The position numbers and the translations under genes are program-made. Below, piece after piece: positions 38,201 to 47,907 of a DNA stretch of 64,000 bases (its first letter is position 1; each line of letters starts with the position of its first letter). Origin of the DNA: an uncultured Bacteroidota bacterium (GTDB lineage Bacteria; Bacteroidota; Bacteroidia; Flavobacteriales; Flavobacteriaceae); contig CABYEA010000002.1 in NCBI GenBank assembly GCA_902517895.1, positions 9,685 to 73,684 on the forward strand, read 5' to 3'. The notes below the pieces were generated by a model. The model did not search any database. It saw only the letters and a list, made by a program, of their open reading frames with translations, and was not told the origin of the DNA.

Positions 38201-41200
38201 TTAATTTTTTAAAATCCAATCTTTAGCATTAATAAAGGCTAATATCCATGGACTGACGACATCTTCCCTTTCGTCCATGTAATAAGCCCAATTCCATTTA
38301 AATATTGATCTCTCAATATGAGGCATTGTAACAAGGTGCCTTCCATCTTCACTACATAGCATCGCCGTATTATAATCTGAGCCATTCGGGTTGGCCGGAT
38401 AATCTGCATATCCGTATTCCGCAACTATATTATAACTTTCTTTAGGGTAGGGAAGCTCAAATTTACCCTCACCATGACTTATCCATACGCCTAAATTTAA
38501 TTGTTCAAGCGAACCTAACATAATTGAATTATTAGTGTTTATTCTCACCGACGTGAAATTACTTTCATGTTTTCTTGAATCATTAAAAGCCATCTTTCCA
38601 TGATTTTCATGTCTGGGATATATTAAATCAAGTTCCATAAATAATTGACATCCATTACATATACCTATTGATAAAGTATCCTTTCTCGAAAAAAAGTTTT
38701 CAAGTGCGTTTCTTGCGCTATAATTATACTTAAATGATCCTGCCCATCCTTTAGCTGATCCAAGAACATCAGAGTTAGAAAAACCTCCAACCGCACCTAA
38801 AAATTGAATATCTTGTAGTGTTTCTTTTCCTGAAATTAGGTCGGTCATATGAATGTCTTTAACATCAAACCCAGCAAGGTGCAGAGCATTAGCTAATTCT
38901 CTTTCACTATTACTACCTTTTTCTCTTAATATTGCTGCTTTTGGTTTTTTTCCAGTGGGTAATTTTATTAAGCTACCAATAAAATTTTTAGGAAACTTAA
39001 ATTTGAGTGGTTGATTCTTATAATTTTTAAATCTAACATTAGCTAAGTTGTTGGAAGTTTGCATTCTGTCAAGTAGAGTAGATGTGTGAAACCAGTAATC
39101 TCTGTATTTTTCCAAATCAAATAAAAATTCATTGTCTTGATTTTTTATTTCCAACATATTTTTATTGATAACTTTACCAATTTTGTAGGCAGTTATTTCA
39201 TTATCGATTAATTCTTTTTCTATTTTGTCATCATAACCCTGAATAATTATTCCACAATTTTCAGAAAATAGAATTTTCACTGTATCATTTTCATTTAATG
39301 ATGACAAATCAATGTTTGCACCAATATTTTTAGTTGAAAAGCACATTTCCATTAAAGATGTAATAAACCCGCCTGAACCAATATCATGACCTGCTACAAT
39401 AAGATTATTTTTTATCATTTTTTGGATTGTTTCAAAAACATTGACAAAATATTTTGAATCGTTTATTGTTGGCGTGTTATTTCCGACACTACCAATTATC
39501 TGTGAGAAGGCGGAGCCACCTAATTTAAAATTATCCGACGATAAATTAATATAAAAAATAGATCCCTTGTCAGGTTTAAATACGGGTTCAATAATATTAG
39601 AAATATTATTACAATGAGCAGTTGCTGAGATAATTACAGTTCCTGGGGACTTGACCTCTATATTTTCATACTTTTGATTCATTGATAGAGAATCTTTTCC
39701 TGTTGGAATATTAATACCTAATTCAATTGCAAATTTTGAAACTGATTCAACTGCTTCATAAAGTCTTGCGTCTTCTCCATTATTCTTGCATGGCCACATC
39801 CAATTAGCTGAAAGGGAGACTCCTTTTAAACCATTTTCAATCGGAGCCCAAATTATATTGGTTAATGCTTCTGCTATACTATTTTTACTTCCCGCATTTG
39901 GATCAATTAATGCCGATACCGGAGAGTGTCCAATGGATGTTGCTACACCATGTTTAGTTGAGTAGTCTAGTGCCATTACTCCACAATTATTAAGTGGCAA
40001 TTGAAGTTCACCAACACATTGTTGTTTTGCAACTTTACCCCCCACACATCTGTCAACTTTATTTGTTAACCAATCTTTACATCCTACAGATTCTAAGCTA
40101 AATAGTTGCTTGATATAATTATTAATAAGTCCATTAGAATATTTAATATCATTATATTTTTTGGATATTCTTTGATCTTTCAAAATGGTTTGGGGAGAAC
40201 TTCCAAAAAAATGATCCAAATCAAGGTCAACGCAGCTAATATTTGATTTTTCAGAGTATATAGTAAATCTATTGTCATCTGTAACTCTACCAACAATATA
40301 CACTGGGGCTTTTTCTCTCTGACATATACTTATAAATTCATCGATATTTTCTTTTTTTATAATTAATCCCATTCTCTCTTGAGATTCATTTCCAATTATC
40401 TCTTTGTTTGAAAGTGTTGGGTCTCCGATGGGTAAATTATCCAATTCGATAAATCCTCCTGTTTCCTCAACAAGCTCGGTCAAGCAATTTAAATGACCGC
40501 CAGCCCCATGATCATGAATTGATACTATACAATTTTTGTCATTTTCTAAAGTGCCTCTAATAGCATTAGCTACCCTTTTTTGCATTTCAGGGTTAGACCT
40601 TTGAATAGCATTTAATTCAATTCCTGTAGAAAACTGACCGGTATCTGCCGACGAAACAGCTGCTCCGCCCATACCAATTCTGTAATTATCACCACCCATA
40701 ATTACAATCAAATCATCTTTTTGAGGCTTGTTTTTGATTGAGTGTTCTTTGTTGGCAAAACCAATTCCGCCAGCTAACATTATGACTTTATCATAAGATT
40801 GTATTTCCCCGTCATTATCATTTTCAAAAGTAAGTACAGACCCAGAAATTAGCGGTTGTCCAAATTTATTTCCAAAGTCTGAAGCGCCATTCGAGGCTTT
40901 TATTAATATTTCAACCGGAGTTTGATATAACCATTTTCTTTCTTTGATATTATTTTCCCATTCTTTATTATTGATTCTGGAATATGGTGTCATGTAAACG
41001 GCAGTTCCAGCTAAGGGGATTGAGCCTCTTCCTCCAGCTAATCTATCTCGAATTTCACCACCAGAGCCTGTTGCTGCTCCGTTAAATGGTTCAACCGTTG
41101 TTGGAAAATTATGAGTTTCTGCTTTTAAGGAGATTACCGTTTCAATTTCTTTAGTGATGTAGAGGTTTGATTCATCAGATTTGGAGGGTGCAAATTGAAT

Positions 41201-41857
41201 AACTTTGGGACCCTTTATAAATGCTACGTTATCTTTATATGCAGAAATTATATTATCTGGATTTGTTTTAGATGTTTTTTTAATCAATGAAAATAAGCTT
41301 TCTTCTTTCTCTTGTTCATCAATAACAAATTTTCCGTTGAATATTTTATGTCTACAATGTTCAGAATTAACTTGTGAAAACCCAAATATCTCAGAGTCGG
41401 TTAATTCCCGGTTTATCCTTTTAGAAACATTATTAAGATAGGAAATTTCATCTGGACTTAATGATAAACCTTCTTTTTGATTATATTTTTCAATATTATT
41501 AATATATGTGATTTTTTCTGGGATGATATTTATCCTGTAGAGATCCTGATTAAGATAACTGAACTTTTCGTTTAACATAGGGTCAAATTCAATTGAATCA
41601 TCAATGTTTAAATTATATTTTTCAATTCTAACTACAGAATTTAATCCCATATTATGACAAATTTCTACTGCATTTGTACTCCATGGAGAAACCATGGCTG
41701 CTCTAGGTCCAACTAGATCGCGCTTGACTTTAGCATTTGAAATGAAAGAGGCGTTACCGAATAACCATTCAAGCTTTTTTATTTCGTTTTTAGATAAAGA
41801 TTCTTTTGTTTGAACTGCAAAAACGGATTGATCTTTAGATTCAAAAAAGGAGATCAT
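38201..41857 (-). CDS. purL: phosphoribosylformylglycinamidine synthase, single-chain large form
   Basis: 1218 aa. It has SEHCRHKIF, ETHNFPT, GAATGSGGEIRD and a C-terminal glutaminase domain with GICNGCQ. Confidence 0.96.
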   Translation of the reverse strand: MISFFESKDQSVFAVQTKESLSKNEIKKLEWLFGNASFISNAKVKRDLVGPRAAMVSPWSTNAVEICHNMGLNSVVRIEKYNLNIDDSIEFDPMLNEKFSYLNQDLYRINIIPEKITYINNIEKYNQKEGLSLSPDEISYLNNVSKRINRELTDSEIFGFSQVNSEHCRHKIFNGKFVIDEQEKEESLFSLIKKTSKTNPDNIISAYKDNVAFIKGPKVIQFAPSKSDESNLYITKEIETVISLKAETHNFPTTVEPFNGAATGSGGEIRDRLAGGRGSIPLAGTAVYMTPYSRINNKEWENNIKERKWLYQTPVEILIKASNGASDFGNKFGQPLISGSVLTFENDNDGEIQSYDKVIMLAGGIGFANKEHSIKNKPQKDDLIVIMGGDNYRIGMGGAAVSSADTGQFSTGIELNAIQRSNPEMQKRVANAIRGTLENDKNCIVSIHDHGAGGHLNCLTELVEETGGFIELDNLPIGDPTLSNKEIIGNESQERMGLIIKKENIDEFISICQREKAPVYIVGRVTDDNRFTIYSEKSNISCVDLDLDHFFGSSPQTILKDQRISKKYNDIKYSNGLINNYIKQLFSLESVGCKDWLTNKVDRCVGGKVAKQQCVGELQLPLNNCGVMALDYSTKHGVATSIGHSPVSALIDPNAGSKNSIAEALTNIIWAPIENGLKGVSLSANWMWPCKNNGEDARLYEAVESVSKFAIELGINIPTGKDSLSMNQKYENIEVKSPGTVIISATAHCNNISNIIEPVFKPDKGSIFYINLSSDNFKLGGSAFSQIIGSVGNNTPTINDSKYFVNVFETIQKMIKNNLIVAGHDIGSGGFITSLMEMCFSTKNIGANIDLSSLNENDTVKILFSENCGIIIQGYDDKIEKELIDNEITAYKIGKVINKNMLEIKNQDNEFLFDLEKYRDYWFHTSTLLDRMQTSNNLANVRFKNYKNQPLKFKFPKNFIGSLIKLPTGKKPKAAILREKGSNSERELANALHLAGFDVKDIHMTDLISGKETLQDIQFLGAVGGFSNSDVLGSAKGWAGSFKYNYSARNALENFFSRKDTLSIGICNGCQLFMELDLIYPRHENHGKMAFNDSRKHESNFTSVRINTNNSIMLGSLEQLNLGVWISHGEGKFELPYPKESYNIVAEYGYADYPANPNGSDYNTAMLCSEDGRHLVTMPHIERSIFKWNWAYYMDEREDVVSPWILAFINAKDWILKN

Positions 41858-41959
41858 TTGATATAAATATGAATGCTAAATTTAATTGAAATTAATTTAT
41901 TAACTAACAAAATAAATTGACTAAAATAAATAGTTATTCACCTCTTTTAAACAGGTTAT

Positions 41960-43786
41960 TTAAATGGATTGCATTTTAACTAAATTGCTGTAAATTCCAT
42001 TCTTTTTCATTAAATCTTTGTGAACTCCTGATTCAATTATTTTTCCTTTATTTAAAACAATTATATTATTAGCATTTTGTATGGTTGACAATCTGTGAGC
42101 AATTATGATTGAAGTCTTATTTTTCATAAGATTATCTAATGCATTTTGAACAAGTTTTTCGCTTTCACTATCAAGGGATGAGGTAGCTTCATCTAAAACT
42201 AAAATAGGAGGATTTTTTAAAACTGCACGAGCTATACTTAATCTTTGTTTTTGACCTCCAGATAACTTGTTTCCAGAGTCCCCAATATTACTATCAATAC
42301 CGTCAGGTAATTTATTTACAAACTCCCAAGCATTAGCAATTTTTAAACAATCAATTAATTCATCATCCGAAGCATTTGGTTTGGCAATTAAAAGATTATT
42401 TTTTATTGAATCATTAAATAAAATTGAGTCTTGTGTTACCAATCCAATTAACTCTCTAAGTGATTCCTTTTTTAATTTTTTAATGTTTTTTCCGTCAATA
42501 TTAATTGACCCAGAGTCAACGTCGTAAAATCTACATATAAGGTTGGCAATAGTTGATTTTCCGCTACCAGACTGACCAACTAATGCAATGTTTTTTCCTT
42601 TTGCTATAGACAAATTGAAATTATTCAATACATTTTCATCATCATATGAAAATGACATATTTTTGATTTCAATTTTATCATTAAAAGAATTAATATTTAT
42701 AGCATTTGGCTGCTCCTTTACTAGCATTTCATTGTCAATTATATGAAATATTCTTTCAGCAGCAGCCTCCGCCTTTTTTACCTTATAAGTTGCTCTGCTT
42801 AAAGATTTTGCAGGAGTTAGAATATTATATGCAAGTCCAAGGTATACGATGAATGCGCTGGCATCCAGTGAATTTTCATTAAGTACCATAATTCCACCAA
42901 ACCACAACACGCCAGCTATTGATGAAATTCCTAAAAATTCACTTAATGGACTAGCAAGATTTTTTCTATTTAAAACACTATTTGAAAATTTATAAAATCT
43001 TTTCGTTGAATTTGTAAATTTTTCTAAAAACCTGCTTTCTGCATTAAAAATCTTAAGGATTTTCATTCCTGAAAGAGTTTCATCTACTAGCGAAATAAAT
43101 TGACCTTGTTCTTTTTGAACCTTAAGTGATTTTCTTCTAAGTGATTTTCCAACAACGGAAATTACAAACCCACATATTGGTATAAAAATAATTACAAATA
43201 TGCTTAGTTTTGGACTAATCAAAAACATTGAAACAAGTGTAAATAAAACCATAAGTGGATCTTTTACAATTAATTCAAAGATTGAAAGAAATGAATTATC
43301 CAACTCTTGAACATCAGATGAAATTCTAGCCACGATATCTCCTCTTTTTTTCTCTGAATAGAATGAAAGTGATAATTTGATGATTTGAGCATATATATCA
43401 TTTCTAATGTTTCTAACCACACCATTTCTGAGAAATGTAATAAAGTACATTGACAAATAATTAAATATATTTTTCAGAAGAAAAGTTATTATAATTATTG
43501 AAACCATGAAGATTAGCACATCATCACTACCAGCAGCTTTTTTAGTGGTAACAAAATAGTTTAGATAATTTTCGACAAAATTTGCAATATCAGAAATACC
43601 TTCCCAAACAGGAGGTTGATTTAGTTGTTCGGTTTGATTAAAGAGAACTTTTAACATGGGGAATAATGAAATCATTGAAAGGGTTCCAAAGAAGGCATAA
43701 AAAACATTAGATATGATATTTAGTATGAAGTATTTTTTATACACCCATGCATATCCAAAAATTCTATTAAAGTAGTTTGTATTCAT
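41960..43786 (-). CDS. ABC exporter, fused permease/ATPase (MsbA-like)
   Basis: 608 aa. Six transmembrane segments precede the Walker A motif GQSGSGKST, the signature LSGGQKQR and the Walker B motif ILVLDEATS. Confidence 0.9.
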   Translation of the reverse strand: MNTNYFNRIFGYAWVYKKYFILNIISNVFYAFFGTLSMISLFPMLKVLFNQTEQLNQPPVWEGISDIANFVENYLNYFVTTKKAAGSDDVLIFMVSIIIITFLLKNIFNYLSMYFITFLRNGVVRNIRNDIYAQIIKLSLSFYSEKKRGDIVARISSDVQELDNSFLSIFELIVKDPLMVLFTLVSMFLISPKLSIFVIIFIPICGFVISVVGKSLRRKSLKVQKEQGQFISLVDETLSGMKILKIFNAESRFLEKFTNSTKRFYKFSNSVLNRKNLASPLSEFLGISSIAGVLWFGGIMVLNENSLDASAFIVYLGLAYNILTPAKSLSRATYKVKKAEAAAERIFHIIDNEMLVKEQPNAININSFNDKIEIKNMSFSYDDENVLNNFNLSIAKGKNIALVGQSGSGKSTIANLICRFYDVDSGSINIDGKNIKKLKKESLRELIGLVTQDSILFNDSIKNNLLIAKPNASDDELIDCLKIANAWEFVNKLPDGIDSNIGDSGNKLSGGQKQRLSIARAVLKNPPILVLDEATSSLDSESEKLVQNALDNLMKNKTSIIIAHRLSTIQNANNIIVLNKGKIIESGVHKDLMKKNGIYSNLVKMQSI

Positions 43787-45510
43787 AAACCAATACTTTT
43801 AATTATTCTATCAATCTTATCATTCAAGATTTTATCAACTTTTTCAAATTCATTAACATTGTTTAAAGCTTCATTTACAGAAATATACATTTTAATTTTT
43901 GGCTCAGTACCGCTTGGTCTTAAAATTATTTTGCAACCATCATCTGATTCAAATTCAATAACATTTGATTTAGGTAAAATAATATTTTCACAAACACCAC
44001 TGATTAAATTTTTCTTTAACGAAATTGAATAATCACAAAAATACTTAACCTTAGAGTCTAAAATATAATCAAGAGGTTTTTTTCTAAAACCATTAATTAT
44101 TTTTTTTATTTCATCTTGTCCCTTTTCTCCGCCTTTAACTATTGAAACTAATTTTTCTTTGTAAAAACCGTGAAGGCAATAAAGTTTTATTAACTCTTTG
44201 AAAACTGAAGAATTTTTTTGTTTGTAGTAAGAAATCATTTCACAAGCTGCTAAGCTAGCGCTTAAAGCATCTTTGTCTCTGACAACATCACCAATCATTA
44301 AACCAAAACTTTCTTCTCCGCCAATCAAAAATTTTTGATCAGGAAAATCTTCTATCATTTTAGCAATCCATTTAAATCCAGTTAGGCTTAATTTATAATC
44401 AACATTATAATATTTTGCGATATTTTTAATCATTGGAGTGGAGACTATTGTTGATGCTATAAAATGATTTTTATTTAATGTTTTTTCTGATTTCTTTTTA
44501 TCAAGAATATAGTTAAACATTAAAACCATCAGTTGATTTCCATTAATCAATGTTAAATTATTTTTTAAGTCTCTTATTGCTATACCCAGTCTGTCAGCAT
44601 CCGGATCAGTACCAATCACTATATCAGCTTTTTCTTTATTACCAAGTTTTAAGGCAAGATTTAATGACTCAATTTCTTCAGGATTTGGAGATTTAACTGT
44701 ACTAAAATTACCATCAGCAATCATTTGAGATTTTACATAATTTACATTTTTATATCCTGCTTTCTTTAGCAATGTCGGAATTATGGTGGATGAGGTGCCG
44801 TGCAAAGCAGTAAATACAATTTTGATGTCATTTCTGCTTTTTACATCTTTATTGATTGCATTTTTTAAGCAGTTATTAATAAACGCCTTATCGATTTCTT
44901 TATCTATTATTTCGATTAATTCTGGTCTGAAATTAAAATTTACTTCTTTGAATTTTAATTTCTCAATTTCGGATATTAATAAGTCATCGATTGGAGGGAC
45001 TATTTGTCCTCCATCTTTCCAATATACTTTAAATCCATTATACTCAGGAGGATTGTGGGACGCCGTTAAAACGATTCCACATAAACAATTTAATTTTCTA
45101 ACTGCATACGAAAGCTCTGGAGTTGGTCTCATAGCTGAAAATAGGTAGACCTTGATTTTATTAGCAGAAAAAACCTCAGCAACAATTTTTGCTAATTCAC
45201 TGCTATTATTCCTGCAATCATAAGCAATAACAACTGATTTATTAACATGGTAATTGCTATTTATAAAGTTTGAAATTCCCTGAGTATTTTTTCCAATTGT
45301 ATATTTATTTATTCTGTTTGTTCCAACTCCTATTAATCCTCTCATTCCTCCTGTTCCAAACTCTAAATTTTTATAGAAAGCATCATTTAATTTTACTATA
45401 TCATTTTTTAAATGATTTAGTTTGTTGCGGGTTTCTTCACAAAATGGGTGATTTGACCACTCTTCAATATTTTTTTTTACAGAATTATTCATTGAACAAA
45501 TTGACTTCAA
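43783..45510 (-). CDS. phospho-sugar mutase (phosphoglucomutase/phosphomannomutase family)
   Basis: 575 aa. It has the active-site motif TASHNPPEYNGFKV, the metal loop GTDPDADR and GGEESFG. Confidence 0.88.
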   Translation of the reverse strand: MKSICSMNNSVKKNIEEWSNHPFCEETRNKLNHLKNDIVKLNDAFYKNLEFGTGGMRGLIGVGTNRINKYTIGKNTQGISNFINSNYHVNKSVVIAYDCRNNSSELAKIVAEVFSANKIKVYLFSAMRPTPELSYAVRKLNCLCGIVLTASHNPPEYNGFKVYWKDGGQIVPPIDDLLISEIEKLKFKEVNFNFRPELIEIIDKEIDKAFINNCLKNAINKDVKSRNDIKIVFTALHGTSSTIIPTLLKKAGYKNVNYVKSQMIADGNFSTVKSPNPEEIESLNLALKLGNKEKADIVIGTDPDADRLGIAIRDLKNNLTLINGNQLMVLMFNYILDKKKSEKTLNKNHFIASTIVSTPMIKNIAKYYNVDYKLSLTGFKWIAKMIEDFPDQKFLIGGEESFGLMIGDVVRDKDALSASLAACEMISYYKQKNSSVFKELIKLYCLHGFYKEKLVSIVKGGEKGQDEIKKIINGFRKKPLDYILDSKVKYFCDYSISLKKNLISGVCENIILPKSNVIEFESDDGCKIILRPSGTEPKIKMYISVNEALNNVNEFEKVDKILNDKIDRIIKSIGL

Positions 45511-45558
45511 AATTATACTTATAGAAGAGAATATTTTGTAGATAAGTTGTTAAATTAA

Positions 45559-46506
45559 TCACAAATTTGTTTGCTTCTGGATTATGTACTGAGGCTTTTG
45601 ATTGATGCTTTTCAGCATTAGTTCTCCAATAAAACCCATTGAGAAGAACTGACTCCCAATAATCATAGTAACCAAACTGATATAAAATTCTGGTCTTTCA
45701 GTGATAAGTCTTCCGCCAGGATTTAGGATTATTTTATCATAGCCAAGATAAGCCGCAAATAAAAATCCTGTAGTAATTAAAATAAGTCCTAGTGAACCAA
45801 ACAAATGCATTGGTCGTTTACTGAAACTTGAAATAAACCATATGGTTAATAGATCAAGAAAACCGTATAAAAACCTACTAGGTCCAAATTTTGTTTTTCC
45901 ATATTTTCTAGCTCTATGATTGACAATTTTTTCCCCAATTTTTTTATAACCTTCATTTTTTGCTAGAATGGGGATATACCTGTGCATCTCACCGTAAACA
46001 TTTATACTTTTAATAACATCTTTTTTAAAAGCTTTTAATCCGCAGTTAAAATCATTTAGCTTAATTCCTGACGTAGTTCTTGCTGCAAAATTGAAAATTT
46101 TTGATGGGATATTTTTAAATATCACAGAATCAAATCTTTTTTTCTTCCAACCTGAAACAAGATCAAAATTGTCATTCATAATCATATCATACATGGCAGG
46201 GATTTCCTTAGGATCATCCTGAAGGTCAGCATCCATTGTAAAAACCACTTTCCCTTGAGACTTTATAAACCCAGCATGAAGTGCCTGGGATTTTCCATAA
46301 TTTCTATGAAATTTTATCCCTTTTATTGTATCTGATTTGGATGAAAGTTCTTCTATAATATCCCATGAATTATCACTACTTCCATCATCAATGAAAATGA
46401 CTTCATAAGAAAAGTTATAACTTTTCATAATATCTATTAGAGAATCAGTTAATTCTCTTAGTGATTCTTTTTCATTTAAAAGAGGTATGACTACAGAAAT
46501 ATTCAT
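45559..46506 (-). CDS. family-2 glycosyltransferase, polyprenol-phosphate glycosyltransferase type (GtrB/ArnC-like)
   Basis: 315 aa. The N-terminal GT-A fold shows SVVIPLLNE, IFIDDGSSD and MDADLQD. Two C-terminal transmembrane helices are present. Confidence 0.85.
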   Translation of the reverse strand: MNISVVIPLLNEKESLRELTDSLIDIMKSYNFSYEVIFIDDGSSDNSWDIIEELSSKSDTIKGIKFHRNYGKSQALHAGFIKSQGKVVFTMDADLQDDPKEIPAMYDMIMNDNFDLVSGWKKKRFDSVIFKNIPSKIFNFAARTTSGIKLNDFNCGLKAFKKDVIKSINVYGEMHRYIPILAKNEGYKKIGEKIVNHRARKYGKTKFGPSRFLYGFLDLLTIWFISSFSKRPMHLFGSLGLILITTGFLFAAYLGYDKIILNPGGRLITERPEFYISLVTMIIGSQFFSMGFIGELMLKSINQKPQYIIQKQTNL

Positions 46507-46512
46507 TCAATA

Positions 46513-47028
46513 TTATGATTTTTTAAATATTGCGGCTATAATTAGACCAAAAATAGCATTTCTCAATAGTGCATTAGCATAATTTTGGAAAATAGCTGCA
46601 TAAGAAAAGGAATGATTATTTTGCATTTCATCCATAGTAGCAGAAATGATATCAGATGGGGTGCCAAAATTTTCAAGCATTTCTTTTGATGCTATCATTA
46701 TTTCTTCATGGATAAGATCTGCTGCCCCTGGGTCAATAAACTTAAAAAGTGCGATATTACCCATTGTCACAATTAAATACCCAATTGCGATGCATAAAAA
46801 ATATGCTATAAATGCCTCTTTAAAAGATATTATTTGATTTTGAAGCTTTCTTGCACTAAAAACAGAGTATATGCTAAATGCTAGTGCTGGTATCATGTAG
46901 GCTAGCATTGTAGTGAAATTGGTAAATAATTTTATATCTATAATATAAATTACAGCCGTAACTACAAAGAGAATTATTCCCAGTTTAACGCCTAGATCAA
47001 TCGTATTTTTCTTTAGGTTAGTTTCCAT
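46513..47028 (-). CDS. DUF4199-like membrane protein
   Basis: 171 aa with four hydrophobic segments, in the usual Bacteroidota position next to the GT2 gene. Confidence 0.5.
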   Translation of the reverse strand: METNLKKNTIDLGVKLGIILFVVTAVIYIIDIKLFTNFTTMLAYMIPALAFSIYSVFSARKLQNQIISFKEAFIAYFLCIAIGYLIVTMGNIALFKFIDPGAADLIHEEIMIASKEMLENFGTPSDIISATMDEMQNNHSFSYAAIFQNYANALLRNAIFGLIIAAIFKKS

Positions 47029-47046
47029 GTTTATTCAAATTTGTTT

Positions 47047-47054
47047 CAAATATA
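47047..47054 (-). promoter_or_regulatory. -7 promoter box (TATATTTG on the minus strand) upstream of the DUF4199/GT2 genes
   Basis: The plus strand reads CAAATATA. The box lies 18 nt upstream of the ATG at 47028. Confidence 0.35.
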
Positions 47055-47097
47055 CAAAACGATACTCCATAAAAATTAAATTAATTTTCTTCAATTA

Positions 47098-47127
47098 TTG
47101 TTTAATATTAAAAAATCAATAAATTTG
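47098..47127 (+). promoter_or_regulatory. Bacteroidota sigma-A type promoter for the L31 gene: TTG-N19-TAAATTTG
   Basis: TTG lies at 47098-47100 and TAAATTTG at 47120-47127, which is 18 nt before the ATG at 47146. Confidence 0.5.
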
Positions 47128-47145
47128 CACCTCAAAATCACTGAA

Positions 47146-47400
47146 ATGAAAAAAGGTATACATCCTGAAAATTATAGACTTGTTGCATTTAAAGACATGT
47201 CTAATAATGATATTTTTTTAGCTAAATCAACTGCACAAACAAGTGAAACTGTTTCTGTTGATGGAGTAGAGTATCCACTTGTAAAGTTAGAAATTTCGAG
47301 AACCTCTCACCCTTATTATACAGGAAAAGCTAAGTTGGTTGATACTGCAGGTAGAATTGATAAGTTCAAAACTAAGTATGCTAAATTCAACAAAAAATAA
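47146..47400 (+). CDS. rpmE: 50S ribosomal protein L31, type B (no CxxC zinc motif)
   Basis: MKKGIHPENY...SHPYYTGK. The start is taken at the ATG at 47146 because the track's TTG at 47098 lies inside the promoter. Confidence 0.9.
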   Translation: MKKGIHPENYRLVAFKDMSNNDIFLAKSTAQTSETVSVDGVEYPLVKLEISRTSHPYYTGKAKLVDTAGRIDKFKTKYAKFNKK

Positions 47401-47420
47401 CATTATTTAAATAAATTATT

Positions 47421-47455
47421 AGGCCTCTTAAATATATTTGAGAGGCTTTTTTTTT
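47421..47455 (+). terminator. rho-independent terminator after the L31 gene
   Basis: The 8-bp stem AGGCCTCT/AGAGGCTT (one G-U pair) has a 12-nt loop and is followed by a run of T residues. Confidence 0.7.
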
Positions 47456-47484
47456 ACATTTATCTTAAATCATGAATTTTTCAA

Positions 47485-47907
47485 ATGTCAGAAGTTATAT
47501 TTAGAAATATTAAAAAAAAGGATTTAGATCAGCTTTTTGTTCTACTAAATCAGTTGAAACAAATGGATATTGATACTATAGATAAAGATAGCGCTTGGAA
47601 CGATTTTATAAAAAATACTAGTTCAAACTCAATTGTTGGCTTATATAATGGTAAAATCGTTGCATATGGAAGTGTTGTTGTTGAAAATAAGGTAAGGGGA
47701 GAGGTAGCTGGACATATTGAGGATATTGTTGTTGATTCAGAAGTTAGAGGAAAGATGATAGGTGTATCTCTGATAAAAGAGTTAATTAAAGTTGCTGAAA
47801 ATAAAGGATGTTACAGAATTACACTTTTTTGTAAAGAAACTTTGGTTAATTTCTACGCAAGAAATGGTTTTGAGGTAAATAACGTGGTAATGAAAAAATA
47901 TCTCTAA
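47485..47907 (+). CDS. GNAT-family N-acetyltransferase
   Basis: 140 aa. The acetyl-CoA motif A is IEDIVVDSEVRGKMIGVSLI, followed by NFYARNGF. Confidence 0.8.
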   Translation: MSEVIFRNIKKKDLDQLFVLLNQLKQMDIDTIDKDSAWNDFIKNTSSNSIVGLYNGKIVAYGSVVVENKVRGEVAGHIEDIVVDSEVRGKMIGVSLIKELIKVAENKGCYRITLFCKETLVNFYARNGFEVNNVVMKKYL

